Shown here: positions 49,288 to 58,820 of the stretch, piece after piece
Layout: the number at the start of each line of letters is the position of its first letter
Position numbering within the stretch: the first letter of the stretch is position 1
Assembly: GCA_949915775.1 (NCBI GenBank)
Contig: CATLEG010000001.1
Coordinates: forward strand, 13,292-77,291
DNA length: 64,000 bases
Origin: an uncultured Candidatus Melainabacteria bacterium
GTDB taxonomy: Bacteria > Cyanobacteriota > Vampirovibrionia > Gastranaerophilales > Gastranaerophilaceae
Reading direction: 5' to 3'
Notes under the pieces: model-generated
What the model was told of the DNA's origin: nothing
Seen by the model: only the letters and a program-made list of their open reading frames with translations
Database searches by the model: none
Translations under genes and position numbers: made by a program

Positions 49288-50304
49288 ATGAAAAAGCCGA
49301 ATATTGCTATTTTAGGTGCTACAGGTGTTGTTGGAAGAGAAATTACTAAGATTGTTGATGAATTAAAAATTGATTTTAATGAGATTAAATTTTTATCAAG
49401 TGCAAAATCTGCCGGTAAAAAATTAGAATTTCAAGGTAAAACTTATACAGTTGAAGAAGCTAAACCGGAAAGTTTTGATGGAATAAATATTGTTTTGGCA
49501 TCTGCCGGCGGCTCAACTTCTCAACAATTTGCGCCCGAAATTGTAAAAAGAGGCGGTGTAATTGTTGATAATTCAAGTGCTTTCAGAATGGAAAAAGATG
49601 TTCCTCTTGTTATTGCAGGAGTTAATGATGAAGATTTGAAAAAACATAAAGGTATTATTGCAAATCCAAATTGTTCTACTTCCCAATTGATGCTTATTTT
49701 AAAACCATTACATGAAAAAGCAAAAATTAAAAGACTTATTGTTTCAACTTATCAAGCTGTTTCAGGGGCAGGTTTAGCTGCTATTAATGAACTTCGTGAT
49801 GATACAAAAGCTAATTTGTCTGGCGAAAATTTTGAAAATAAATGTTTTAAAAAACCGATTTCTTTTAATGTAATTCCTCAAATTGATGTATTCTGTGAAA
49901 ATGGTTATACAAAAGAAGAAATGAAAGTTGTAAACGAAACAAAAAAAATTCTTCATCTTCCTCAAGATTTGCCAATTTCTTGTACGGCTGCACGTGTTCC
50001 GGTATTTAACGGGCACTCTGAAGCAGTTGATATTGAATTTGAACATGAAATTACACCGGATGAAGTTCGCGAAATATTATCAAATTCATTTGGAATAAAA
50101 GTTATTGACAATCCTGAGAATTTTGAATATCCAACAACTCGTGATGCATCAGGAGTTAATCCTGTTTTTGCAGGCAGAATTCGAAAAAATCTGGCATTTA
50201 AAAACGGAATTTCATTATGGTGCGTTGCAGATAACCTAAGAATTGGGGCCGCATTGAATACTGTAAGAATTTGTCAAAAAGTTATTGAAATGGGTTTGTT
50301 TTAA
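49288..50304 (+). CDS. asd: Aspartate-semialdehyde dehydrogenase
   Basis: GATGVVG, DNSSAFRM, ANPNCST, STYQAVSGAG, RVPVFNGHS, ADNLRIGAA. Confidence 0.97.
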   Translation: MKKPNIAILGATGVVGREITKIVDELKIDFNEIKFLSSAKSAGKKLEFQGKTYTVEEAKPESFDGINIVLASAGGSTSQQFAPEIVKRGGVIVDNSSAFRMEKDVPLVIAGVNDEDLKKHKGIIANPNCSTSQLMLILKPLHEKAKIKRLIVSTYQAVSGAGLAAINELRDDTKANLSGENFENKCFKKPISFNVIPQIDVFCENGYTKEEMKVVNETKKILHLPQDLPISCTAARVPVFNGHSEAVDIEFEHEITPDEVREILSNSFGIKVIDNPENFEYPTTRDASGVNPVFAGRIRKNLAFKNGISLWCVADNLRIGAALNTVRICQKVIEMGLF

Positions 50305-50317
50305 AAATCGACAGCAC

Positions 50318-51352
50318 TTATTTTTCAAAACTATCTTTAACAAATTTCATTAAAACTTCATCGGCTAAAATACAGGCAATTCTTGCTTCGGCAACTACAG
50401 TACAAGCTTCAACCGCACAAACATCTGAACGCTCAAAATGCGATTGTGCTTCTGTCATTGTTTTTAAATCTACCGTATTTAATGTTTTTCTAAGTGTTGG
50501 AATAGGTTTCATAACAGCAGTAATAATAATGTTTTCGCCATTACTCATGCCGCCTTCAATACCGCCTGCGTTATTTGTTTTGCGGATAATTTTTCCATCT
50601 TCTAAAAACATCTCATCATGAAACTCACTTCCACGCATTTTATAAGCGTGATGATTTCCAATAGAAACCGATTTTATTGCAGGAACACTCATTACCGCCT
50701 GTGCAATTTTACCGTCAAGCATTCTGTCCCAATGAACGTATGAGCCCAATCCCACAGGCAAATTTTCAAACATGATTTCAAATTTTCCGCCTAATGTGTC
50801 GCCCTCTTCTCTTGCAATATCAATTTCTGTTTCGAAATTATCTTTGGCATTACCAATCTGCAAAATTTTAGAAGAACATTTTATATCACAAACTTGAGCT
50901 ATAATTTGTTTTGCAACAGCACCAACAGCAACTTCTATTGCAGTTTTACGGGCACTGGAACGCTCCAAAACATTTCTTAAATCTTTGTGATTATATTTTA
51001 TACTTCCTGCATAATCCGCATGTCCCGGACGGCATTTTGTGAAAGATTTTTCATCTGTATAATCATCAGGATTAATACTCATAATTTTTTGCCAGTTTTC
51101 AAAATCTTTATTTTGAATAACGAGTGTAACGGGTGAACCGAGAGTTTTACCAAATCTTACGCCTGATGTAATTTCTATGGTATCTGATTCGATTTTCATT
51201 CTTCCGCCGCGGCCGTAGCCGGTTTGTCTGCGTTTTAATTCTTCATTAATAAATGCGGGGTTAATTTCAAACCCCGCAGGTATTCCTTCTATAATAGCGG
51301 TTAAGCATTTTCCATGACTTTCACCGGCTGTCAAAAATCTAAAAACTTGCAT
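50318..51352 (-). CDS. aroC: Chorismate synthase
   Basis: TAGESHG, RPGHAD, ERSSARKT, NNAGGIEGGMSNG, ERSD. Confidence 0.97.
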   Translation of the reverse strand: MQVFRFLTAGESHGKCLTAIIEGIPAGFEINPAFINEELKRRQTGYGRGGRMKIESDTIEITSGVRFGKTLGSPVTLVIQNKDFENWQKIMSINPDDYTDEKSFTKCRPGHADYAGSIKYNHKDLRNVLERSSARKTAIEVAVGAVAKQIIAQVCDIKCSSKILQIGNAKDNFETEIDIAREEGDTLGGKFEIMFENLPVGLGSYVHWDRMLDGKIAQAVMSVPAIKSVSIGNHHAYKMRGSEFHDEMFLEDGKIIRKTNNAGGIEGGMSNGENIIITAVMKPIPTLRKTLNTVDLKTMTEAQSHFERSDVCAVEACTVVAEARIACILADEVLMKFVKDSFEK

Positions 51353-51386
51353 TGTCTATCCTTTGTACTGTGGTAGAGTGCTACTT

Positions 51387-51866
51387 TTATTTGTTGGCAT
51401 ATTTTAAGAAAGTTTGCACTTTTGTCTGCATCATTTCTTCTGTAATTTGCCATTTACCATTAACTTTTTTAACAATCATATAAGTTTTTAGTTTGTAGTT
51501 TTCACCAGATGGCTGTCTTAATGAACTAACTTTATAAGCTCCATTACCAACTGAGGCAACTGAAACATTTGTATAATTGTTTTTGTAATTTCTTAATTTT
51601 GCACCTGCTTGACCAAGTTTCATTTGTTTAATATATGTTGCAGTATCTGTGTTAACATTAACAAGTTCTCCATTTGGTTTTACAACCTGTCTGATAATTT
51701 TTGCACTTGGTGAATACATTGTAGTTAATGTCGGGCTGTAAGAGTTTGCTGCAGTTACATAACTATTGAAGAATTTTAAAGCTTCTTGAGCATCATCTGC
51801 AAAAGCTTGTAAACCTGTTGTAATAAATAAGCCAAATATCATTAATAATGATAATAATTTTTTCAT
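51387..51866 (-). CDS. Secreted hypothetical protein (NTF2-like fold possible)
   Basis: AAAGGAG RBS; signal peptide; C-terminal KKVNGKWQITEE. Confidence 0.75.
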   Translation of the reverse strand: MKKLLSLLMIFGLFITTGLQAFADDAQEALKFFNSYVTAANSYSPTLTTMYSPSAKIIRQVVKPNGELVNVNTDTATYIKQMKLGQAGAKLRNYKNNYTNVSVASVGNGAYKVSSLRQPSGENYKLKTYMIVKKVNGKWQITEEMMQTKVQTFLKYANK

Positions 51867-51978
51867 ATTTTTCTCCTTTACACATATGTAAAACGATTTT
51901 AATTATTTTTTTGTTCATTTTTATTATAACACAGATTAACTGATTGTCATTATTCAAAATATGTAGTATAAATTTGTT

Positions 51979-52830
51979 ATGAATTTACAAACACTTTCAC
52001 AATATTTAGATTATCTGGAAATAGAAAAAGGACTTTCTCAAAATACGCTGGAAGCTTATAGAAGAGATATAAGTGATTTTTTGGACTTTTGTGGAGATAT
52101 TGAAGAAATTCAGCGAACACAATTAAATTCTTATATTAGGAATTTACATGAAAAAAAATATTCACCTACAAGTGTTATGCGAAAAATAGCTTCGATTCGC
52201 GGATTTTTTAAATGGGCATGTACAAATGAAATAATAAAAACAAATCCGGCTTTAACTTTAGAACAACCGAAAATTCCTAAACGTTTACCAAAAGTGATTT
52301 CAGTAAAAGAAATTGAGGAAATATTAAATCAAAATTTAACGAATTATGAACGTGTGATTGTAGAGCTTTTATATGGCTGCGGTTTGCGAGTATCTGAACT
52401 TGTTGAATTAAAAATAAACGATTTTGATATAAAAAACAAATATCTTGAATGTACCGGCAAAGGTTCAAAAGATAGAATCATACCGCTTGGTAACAAAGCA
52501 TGTGAAGCCATAAAAAAATATCTTCCTCAAAGAGATTATATAATTGCAAAATTCAATATAACTTCAAAAAAGCTGTTAATAAATAATTCTGGACAAAATG
52601 CAACACGACAAGAAATATATACATTTATTCATGAACAGGGAAAAAATTTGCATAAAACAATATCACCTCATACACTTCGCCATAGTTTTGCAACCCATTT
52701 GTTAGAAAACGGTGCAGATTTAAGAGTTGTACAAGAATTGTTAGGTCATAGTGATGTTGCAACAACTCAACTTTATACGCATATAAGTAAAAAACGCTTG
52801 AAAGATGTATATTTTAGTATAAATAAATAA
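51979..52830 (+). CDS. xerD: Tyrosine recombinase XerD
   Basis: IEKGLSQNTLEAYRRDI, LYGCGLRVSEL, SPHTLRHSFATHLLENGADLRVVQELLGH, TTQLYTH. Confidence 0.92.
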   Translation: MNLQTLSQYLDYLEIEKGLSQNTLEAYRRDISDFLDFCGDIEEIQRTQLNSYIRNLHEKKYSPTSVMRKIASIRGFFKWACTNEIIKTNPALTLEQPKIPKRLPKVISVKEIEEILNQNLTNYERVIVELLYGCGLRVSELVELKINDFDIKNKYLECTGKGSKDRIIPLGNKACEAIKKYLPQRDYIIAKFNITSKKLLINNSGQNATRQEIYTFIHEQGKNLHKTISPHTLRHSFATHLLENGADLRVVQELLGHSDVATTQLYTHISKKRLKDVYFSINK

Positions 52831-52897
52831 AAAATCTTGCAAAGAAAAATTTTTGTGATAATATAATTTTGTGCTCACAAAAGAGTAAATAATAGAT

Positions 52898-52971
52898 GCG
52901 TCTGTAGCTCAGCTGGATAGAGCATCTGCCTTCTAAGCAGAGGGTCCCGCGTTCGAATCGCGGCAGGCGTA
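52898..52971 (+). tRNA. tRNA-Arg(TCT)
   Basis: Acceptor GCGTCTG/CAGGCGT; anticodon arm TCTGC-CTTCTAA-GCAGA; T arm CCGCG-TTCGAAT-CGCGG. Confidence 0.95.
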
Positions 52972-53168
52972 AATTAAAGGAGATAGGAAAACCTATCTCC
53001 TTTAATTTTTGTTTGACAAGCGATGAGAACGCTCAATGCGTAAGCATTGTATCGTGTTCGAGCGCGAGTGAGCTGAGGGCGGAGGACTTTTGCCAAAAGA
53101 ACTGTGTTCTTGCAGGCAAAATCCGTAGACCCGTTAAACGCGAACGAACAAGACAATCGTGTCAGGCA
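52971..53168 (+). repeat. tRNA-linked element (single copy) including terminator
   Basis: Terminator 52971-53008, then GTTCGAGCG...GAGGGCG...AAATCCGTAGACCCGTT...CAAGACAATCGTGTCAGGCA, homologous to the 38889 units. Confidence 0.82.
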
Positions 53169-53278
53169 TTAATGAAAAGAGGATTCGGTTCAATCTGTCT
53201 TTTAAATATCTATATAAATATTTAAAATAACACGGTGAGTTTGTTTATTTTGTTACAAAAAGAAACGATAATTTTCAA

Positions 53279-53497
53279 ATGGTAGAAAAAGAAATTGTTA
53301 AAATATTTGGACAAAGACTAAAACAAGCAAGAGAAAAGGCAAACTTAACGCAAGCTGAATTGGCGGAAAAGGTTGGATTGTCAACAAATTTTGTTGGCAT
53401 GGTTGAACGGGGTGAAAGAAATACAAAATTTGCAAATGTATATAGTCTTATTACAGCATTAGGCTATACTCTTGAAAAATTTTTTAAAGGGTTATAA
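53279..53497 (+). CDS. XRE HTH, restriction-modification controller (C)-protein-like
   Basis: FGQRLKQAREKANLTQAELAEKVGLSTNFVGMVERGERN. Confidence 0.85.
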   Translation: MVEKEIVKIFGQRLKQAREKANLTQAELAEKVGLSTNFVGMVERGERNTKFANVYSLITALGYTLEKFFKGL

Positions 53498-53569
53498 CTT
53501 TTTTGTTAACATATTTACATTATGAAAATTGTTTATTATATTTAGAATATAAGTTATTTGGTAAATTAT

Positions 53570-55189
53570 ATGTTTAATGTAGAAACTTTTGAATATTCGC
53601 AGGATAAATTTGATAATTGGGATACATTATTTGATTATCATTGCGTTTATATATTAGAAAATGGAAAAGATGCTTATATTGGCGAGTCTAATGATTTTAT
53701 AAGAAGGGCAAAAGAACATAATAAACAATCTATTAAAAACAAATTGAAAAAATATAATTTTAAAAGAATGCATGTAATTTCAGGAGAATTGTCTGAGGAA
53801 ACTCCTTCAAAACATTATGAAAATTTGCTAATAAGACTTATGAAAGTAGATAAAAAATTCAATGTTGTAAATGGTAATGATGGTGAAAAACCTCATTATA
53901 TTAGAAAAAATGAATTTGAACTGTACTTTGATGAGCTCTGGCATAAGCTTGAAAAAATTGGATTAGTAAAGACAAAAGATTTTATGTTAATTATTAATTC
54001 AAGCTCATATAAATATTCGCCGCATACTGTTTTAACGAAAGAACAATATAATACTTTAACAAGTATTGTTCACACTATTGATTCTGGAGAAACTCAAGCA
54101 CATAAAAAACATTTTTTTAACAGACCAATTTTTATAAATGGTGATGCCGGTACTGGCAAAACAGTAGTGGCTACGTCATTATTTTATTATTTAAAAAATA
54201 ATGAACGCTATAAAGATAAAAAAATAGCTATGGTATATGCAAATCCTTCTACAAGAGCTGAAATTCAAGAAGTATTTAAAAATGTTGATGGATTAAGTGC
54301 AAAAGATGTTATATCTCCTGTTGATGTCACAAAGGAGCATTTTGATATTATAATATGCGACGAAGCACAAAGATTAAGGTGCAATAAAAATTTAGGATTG
54401 TTCATTAAATATTTTAGAGAAAGTAATACAAGATTAGGGTTTGATGATAAACACGATGAGCTTGATTGGATTTTAACTAATTCTGATTGTCAGGTTTTAT
54501 TCTATGACGAAAAACAAATAACTAGTCCATCTGATATACCTGAAGAAAAATTTAAAGAAAGACTTAATTATATAAAGCGTGGTATACGTCCTATAAGATT
54601 TGCTGAGCAGATGCGTATAAGAGCGGGTAACGATTATGTTCCTTATATATTTGATATATTAAATCAAAATACGAATGAGGCAAAAACTTTTGATAATTAT
54701 GAATTTAAGCTTTTTAAATCGTTTAAAGAATTGGCTAAGCTTGTATCTCAAAAGGAAAATAGTACAGGTCTTAGTAGATATTGTGCAGGTTATGATTGGA
54801 AGTGGAGAGCAAAAGAAGATAAAACTTTAGTGGATTTCACTTTGGATGGTGTAGATATTCAGTGGAATAAACAGATAAGCGGATGGTTGAGAAATATTGA
54901 AGCTGTTAAAGAAATGGGTAGTATATACACTTTGCCGGGAATGGATTTAAATTATGCTGCTGTTGTTATAGGGCCAAGTCTTTATTTTGATAAAATTGAT
55001 AATAAAATAAAAGTGGACAGAAATAAATTTTTTGACAATAAATTGAAAAAAGGTGTGAGTGACGATGAATTAATAAAGTATATTCTAAATACCTATGCTG
55101 TTTTTCTTACACGAGGTATAAGAGGAACATATGTATATGTTTGTGATGATAATTTAAGAGATTATTTTAGTAAATTTATTCCTTATTAA
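53570..55189 (+). CDS. GIY-YIG nuclease fused to DUF2075 (Schlafen group-3-like) helicase
   Basis: VYIL...YIGES...R...EH; Walker A GDAGTGKT; Walker B IIICDEAQRL; EQMR; GSIYTLPGMDLNY; YAVFLTRG. Confidence 0.85.
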   Translation: MFNVETFEYSQDKFDNWDTLFDYHCVYILENGKDAYIGESNDFIRRAKEHNKQSIKNKLKKYNFKRMHVISGELSEETPSKHYENLLIRLMKVDKKFNVVNGNDGEKPHYIRKNEFELYFDELWHKLEKIGLVKTKDFMLIINSSSYKYSPHTVLTKEQYNTLTSIVHTIDSGETQAHKKHFFNRPIFINGDAGTGKTVVATSLFYYLKNNERYKDKKIAMVYANPSTRAEIQEVFKNVDGLSAKDVISPVDVTKEHFDIIICDEAQRLRCNKNLGLFIKYFRESNTRLGFDDKHDELDWILTNSDCQVLFYDEKQITSPSDIPEEKFKERLNYIKRGIRPIRFAEQMRIRAGNDYVPYIFDILNQNTNEAKTFDNYEFKLFKSFKELAKLVSQKENSTGLSRYCAGYDWKWRAKEDKTLVDFTLDGVDIQWNKQISGWLRNIEAVKEMGSIYTLPGMDLNYAAVVIGPSLYFDKIDNKIKVDRNKFFDNKLKKGVSDDELIKYILNTYAVFLTRGIRGTYVYVCDDNLRDYFSKFIPY

Positions 55190-55199
55190 AATTGAATGA

Positions 55200-56309
55200 T
55201 TATTTTTTACTAATTATTTCTTCAATTTGTTTTGCAGATGTACCATTTCCGTATGGATTTTGTGCTTTTAATCTTGTTTGTTCGCGAGTTTTTGATAAAA
55301 TTTCTTCGCTGTAAGAAATTATTTTATCATAATCTGCACCGACTAAAATCGAAACTCCTGCTTCAATTCCTTCTTTACGTTCGGTTTCATATCTCATAAC
55401 AAGAGTCGGGCACCCGAATGATGGGGCTTCTTCTTGAATTCCGCCGGAATCTGTAAGAATAAGTTTAGCGTTTTTCATCAGATATACAAGATATGGATAA
55501 TCTAATGGTTTTAATAGTTTTACATTATAATATTTTTCCAAACGCGTATAAATTTTATCTTTTACATTTGGATTTGGATGAACAGGTATTATAAAAGTAT
55601 GATCAGAATATTTTTTTACAAGAAATTCTATTGCATCAAGAATTCTGTCAATTCTTTCACCATGATTTTCGCGTCTGTGAGCAGTTATTAAAACCAATTT
55701 ATCATCAATTGTAATTCCATTATCTTGATAAAATTTTGCAGCCATATTCATAGTTTCTTCAGAAAGACAGAAAAGTGCATCTATAACTGTATTTCCGACA
55801 ATATAAATTTTATCATCTGAAATATTTTCATTCAAAAGTGCCTGCCTATTTTTTTCTGTAGGTGCAAAATTTATTTCTGCAACACGAGATGTCATCTGTC
55901 GCATAACTTCTTCCGGAAATGGTTCGTAAATATCATATGAACGGAGTCCGGCTTCTACATGGTAGACAGGAATTTTGCGATAAAAACTTGCGAGTGCCCC
56001 GCAAAGAACAGTCATTGTATCGCCTTGAACAATTGTGGCATCTATTTCATGAGTATCAAAAACTTTGTCTAAAGAAGTTAAAATACGAGTCTGAACCTCT
56101 AGTAAAGATTGATTCGGTTTCATACAATCAAGATTAATATCAGCTTTCAAGCCAAAATACTCAAGAGTTTGGTTTGATAACTCTTTTTGCTGTTCTGTAT
56201 TACAGATAATTACATTATATTTTTCCGGATATTTTTTAAGTTCCAAAATAACCGGTGCAAGTTTAATAACCTCGGGACGTGTCCCAAATACAAATAATAT
56301 ATTTTTCAT
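55200..56309 (-). CDS. wecB: UDP-N-acetylglucosamine 2-epimerase (non-hydrolysing)
   Basis: FGTRPEVIKLAP, VQGDT, HVEAGLRS, PFPEE, TAHRRENHG, TDSGGIQEEAPS. Confidence 0.95.
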   Translation of the reverse strand: MKNILFVFGTRPEVIKLAPVILELKKYPEKYNVIICNTEQQKELSNQTLEYFGLKADINLDCMKPNQSLLEVQTRILTSLDKVFDTHEIDATIVQGDTMTVLCGALASFYRKIPVYHVEAGLRSYDIYEPFPEEVMRQMTSRVAEINFAPTEKNRQALLNENISDDKIYIVGNTVIDALFCLSEETMNMAAKFYQDNGITIDDKLVLITAHRRENHGERIDRILDAIEFLVKKYSDHTFIIPVHPNPNVKDKIYTRLEKYYNVKLLKPLDYPYLVYLMKNAKLILTDSGGIQEEAPSFGCPTLVMRYETERKEGIEAGVSILVGADYDKIISYSEEILSKTREQTRLKAQNPYGNGTSAKQIEEIISKK

Positions 56310-56438
56310 AATTTAAATTTTAATATAAAAATATTTGTTGAGCAACAGATTATATAAGTTTCTATTATATAGAAATATCGTTTTCCTTTGTGTCTATTGG
56401 CGGTCGACGATAGGCACATTATTAGCTACATTTAAAAT

Positions 56439-56660
56439 ATGACGGATGATGTAAGAGTAAAATTTTCAAAAAAATTACAAGCTATTAGAAAAGAACGTAA
56501 TTTATCTCAAGAAAAAATGGCTTTAATATGTGGAATTGATAGAACATATCTTGGACGAATTGAAAGGCTTGAAAGAACTCCAAGTCTTACTGTATTACAG
56601 AAAATAGCAAATGGATTAAATATTACTTTATCAGAATTATTTAAAGAGATTGATTTGTAA
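56439..56660 (+). CDS. XRE HTH, C-protein-like
   Basis: LSQEKMALICGIDRTYLGRIERLERTPSLTVLQKIANGL; TACATT, 6 nt, ATG. Confidence 0.88.
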   Translation: MTDDVRVKFSKKLQAIRKERNLSQEKMALICGIDRTYLGRIERLERTPSLTVLQKIANGLNITLSELFKEIDL

Positions 56661-56670
56661 ATTTAAGTAC

Positions 56671-56743
56671 GTCATTGCGAACGTTAGTGAAGCAATCCAG
56701 CTTATCATATGGATTGCCACGTCACTTCGCTCCTCGCAATGAC
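56671..56743. repeat. Long palindromic element (RPE-like GTCATTGCGA...TCGCAATGAC)
   Basis: GTCATTGCGA..AGCAATCCA-loop-TGGATTGC..TCGCAATGAC. Confidence 0.88.
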
Positions 56744-56772
56744 AATATTATAAACTATCCGGGTATAATAAT

Positions 56773-58146
56773 TTATTTATTAAACAGCGGTTGTACCAAT
56801 ACATAGATGTCGTTAAAAAGTACAAATATCAACAATATAATTAATAATGCAAAGAATACATTCATTATTTTATTTGCAATTTCTTCATTAACAGGTTTAC
56901 CAATAATTTTTTCTACACACAAGAAAAGTAAATGGCCACCGTCTAATGCCGGTATTGGTAAAATATTTAATATTGCAAGATTCATTGAAATTACTGCTGT
57001 TAAAAGAATTCCATAGAAAATTCCATCCTGACTAATTATATCTCCGCCGACTTTTGTAATCAATACAACGCCATGCATATTTTTTAATGGAATTTTGCCT
57101 GTAAATAATTGTTTTAATACAATTAACATAGATTTTGTTTCATTATATAAATAATTCCAGCTTGCTGAAAACGCTGATTTTATGCCGGTAACCGGTACTA
57201 AAATTTCTTTTTTGTCAGGAACAATACCAATAAGTCCTTCGCTGTCAGAATACATTGTTTTTAATTGTACAATCTGATTGTTGCGCAAAACTTTCATATC
57301 AATTGGTTTTTGGTTATCAGACATTGCATAGGCAAGATCGTTTAATGAATATGTTCCATCTGATTCTATAAATTTTTTATCTTTAATTTCATCACGAAGT
57401 TTGATTTGAGGTTCTGAAAGCTTGATTTCGTTATCTTTATATAATGCAACGGCATTTAAAATATTTTTATTCAAAACTACTTTTTCTTCTTGAACAGCAT
57501 TTGAAAGTTTTACAATTAACCCTTCAGGAATAATTTCATCTTTTACAAATGCAGGATTTATTTTTTTTAATCTGGTATAATTTTCATCTGCAATTTTTTC
57601 ACTAATTTTACCGTCAAAAGATGCACTGTACATTGCATAAAGATTTATACCGTATTTTGTATCTATTTTTGAACCGTTAACTTCAACTATTTTATCACCT
57701 GCTTGAAGTCCTGATTGCCAAACACTTGCATCTTTTGGAGCAGAAATTTCTTTTACATATGTATCGAATTTTCCTGATGGTAAATTCCCCCATAAAAACG
57801 CAGTTAAAAGTACAAGGACAAATGCACAAATAACGTTAGCACCGACACCGGCTGCAAAAACAATTGCTCTTTGCCATATTGGTCTGTTCATTAATCTGTC
57901 TTTAGAATCGGCAGGAATATCAGAATCTTTATCATCATCAGGAAAAGAAACGTAACCGCCGAATAAAAAAGCGTGAATAACAAGAGTTATATCTCCGACT
58001 TTTTTTTTCCATAAAGTTGGCCCTATAGGAAGTCCGATACCGAATTTGTCAACTTTTATTTTGAAAAGCCTTGCCGCATAAAAGTGCCCAGCTTCATGTA
58101 CCAGAATAAGTATACTTATTAATAAAATCATTATAATAGTTGACAT
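56773..58146 (-). CDS. rseP: RIP metalloprotease RseP (site-2 protease, PDZ)
   Basis: VHEAGH, GGYV, AAGVGAN, NILPIPALDGG. Confidence 0.93.
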   Translation of the reverse strand: MSTIIMILLISILILVHEAGHFYAARLFKIKVDKFGIGLPIGPTLWKKKVGDITLVIHAFLFGGYVSFPDDDKDSDIPADSKDRLMNRPIWQRAIVFAAGVGANVICAFVLVLLTAFLWGNLPSGKFDTYVKEISAPKDASVWQSGLQAGDKIVEVNGSKIDTKYGINLYAMYSASFDGKISEKIADENYTRLKKINPAFVKDEIIPEGLIVKLSNAVQEEKVVLNKNILNAVALYKDNEIKLSEPQIKLRDEIKDKKFIESDGTYSLNDLAYAMSDNQKPIDMKVLRNNQIVQLKTMYSDSEGLIGIVPDKKEILVPVTGIKSAFSASWNYLYNETKSMLIVLKQLFTGKIPLKNMHGVVLITKVGGDIISQDGIFYGILLTAVISMNLAILNILPIPALDGGHLLFLCVEKIIGKPVNEEIANKIMNVFFALLIILLIFVLFNDIYVLVQPLFNK

Positions 58147-58249
58147 TTTTTATCCTCTCTGTAAATATTAGTGTTATCTTGAAAATTTTGGTCAGTCACT
58201 CGCTCTCGCTCGCTCCCGTTTTTACCCTTTCCATAAATATTAGTGTTAT
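58144..58249 (-). promoter_or_regulatory. Conserved leader shared with speE, with flanking 16-bp direct repeat
   Basis: TAAATATTAGTGTTAT at 58162-58177 and 58234-58249 flanks a 56-bp GAGCGAG-rich core. Confidence 0.6.
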
Positions 58250-58274
58250 TTTATAGTATATATTTTATCATAAA

Positions 58275-58820
58275 TTAAATATTTATTATAGATTTTATTG
58301 CAAGGAATATTAAAATTAATCCTCCGGAAATTTCCAAAATTCTTGAAGGCAGCCGTTTAAAAAATATAGCAAGCCAAAAACCTTTCAATGACATATAAAA
58401 AGACATAAAACCTATAATTAAAGCAGATAAAATTAACGATGTATGTGTCAAATTTATACTTACTCCGGCGGCAAATGCATCAATACTTGTTGCAATTCCC
58501 ATTCCTACGAGGCATTTTAAATCTATACAACAAATTTTTTCTTCTTTTTCCTGAAAAGCTTCATATATAAACTTAATTCCTAAAATCATGAAAATCGCAA
58601 ATACAAGCCAATTACTATATTCTGTAATATATTTGCTTATAACACCGGTTCCAAAATAACCCAAACAAGGCATAAACCCCTGACAAAATCCCATTGTTAA
58701 TGCCAAGATTGCAGAATTTCTTATTCTGTTGGAATTCAAAATCAATCCTTGTGAAAAAGATACCACAAGACAATCAATTCCTAATGCTGCTGCAAGTACA
58801 ATGATTTCAACTAAGTTCAA
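58275..58820 (-). CDS. mntP: Manganese efflux pump MntP
   Basis: ALGIDCLVVS and IATSIDAFAAG repeats; six TM. Confidence 0.85.
   Translation of the reverse strand: MNLVEIIVLAAALGIDCLVVSFSQGLILNSNRIRNSAILALTMGFCQGFMPCLGYFGTGVISKYITEYSNWLVFAIFMILGIKFIYEAFQEKEEKICCIDLKCLVGMGIATSIDAFAAGVSINLTHTSLILSALIIGFMSFYMSLKGFWLAIFFKRLPSRILEISGGLILIFLAIKSIINI

Noticed and set aside
53169-56770. Integrase-bounded island with tRNA-Arg attR
   Set aside because: No duplicated tRNA 3' end was seen near 56660-56770 and there is no dedicated integrase; boundaries are unsupported.
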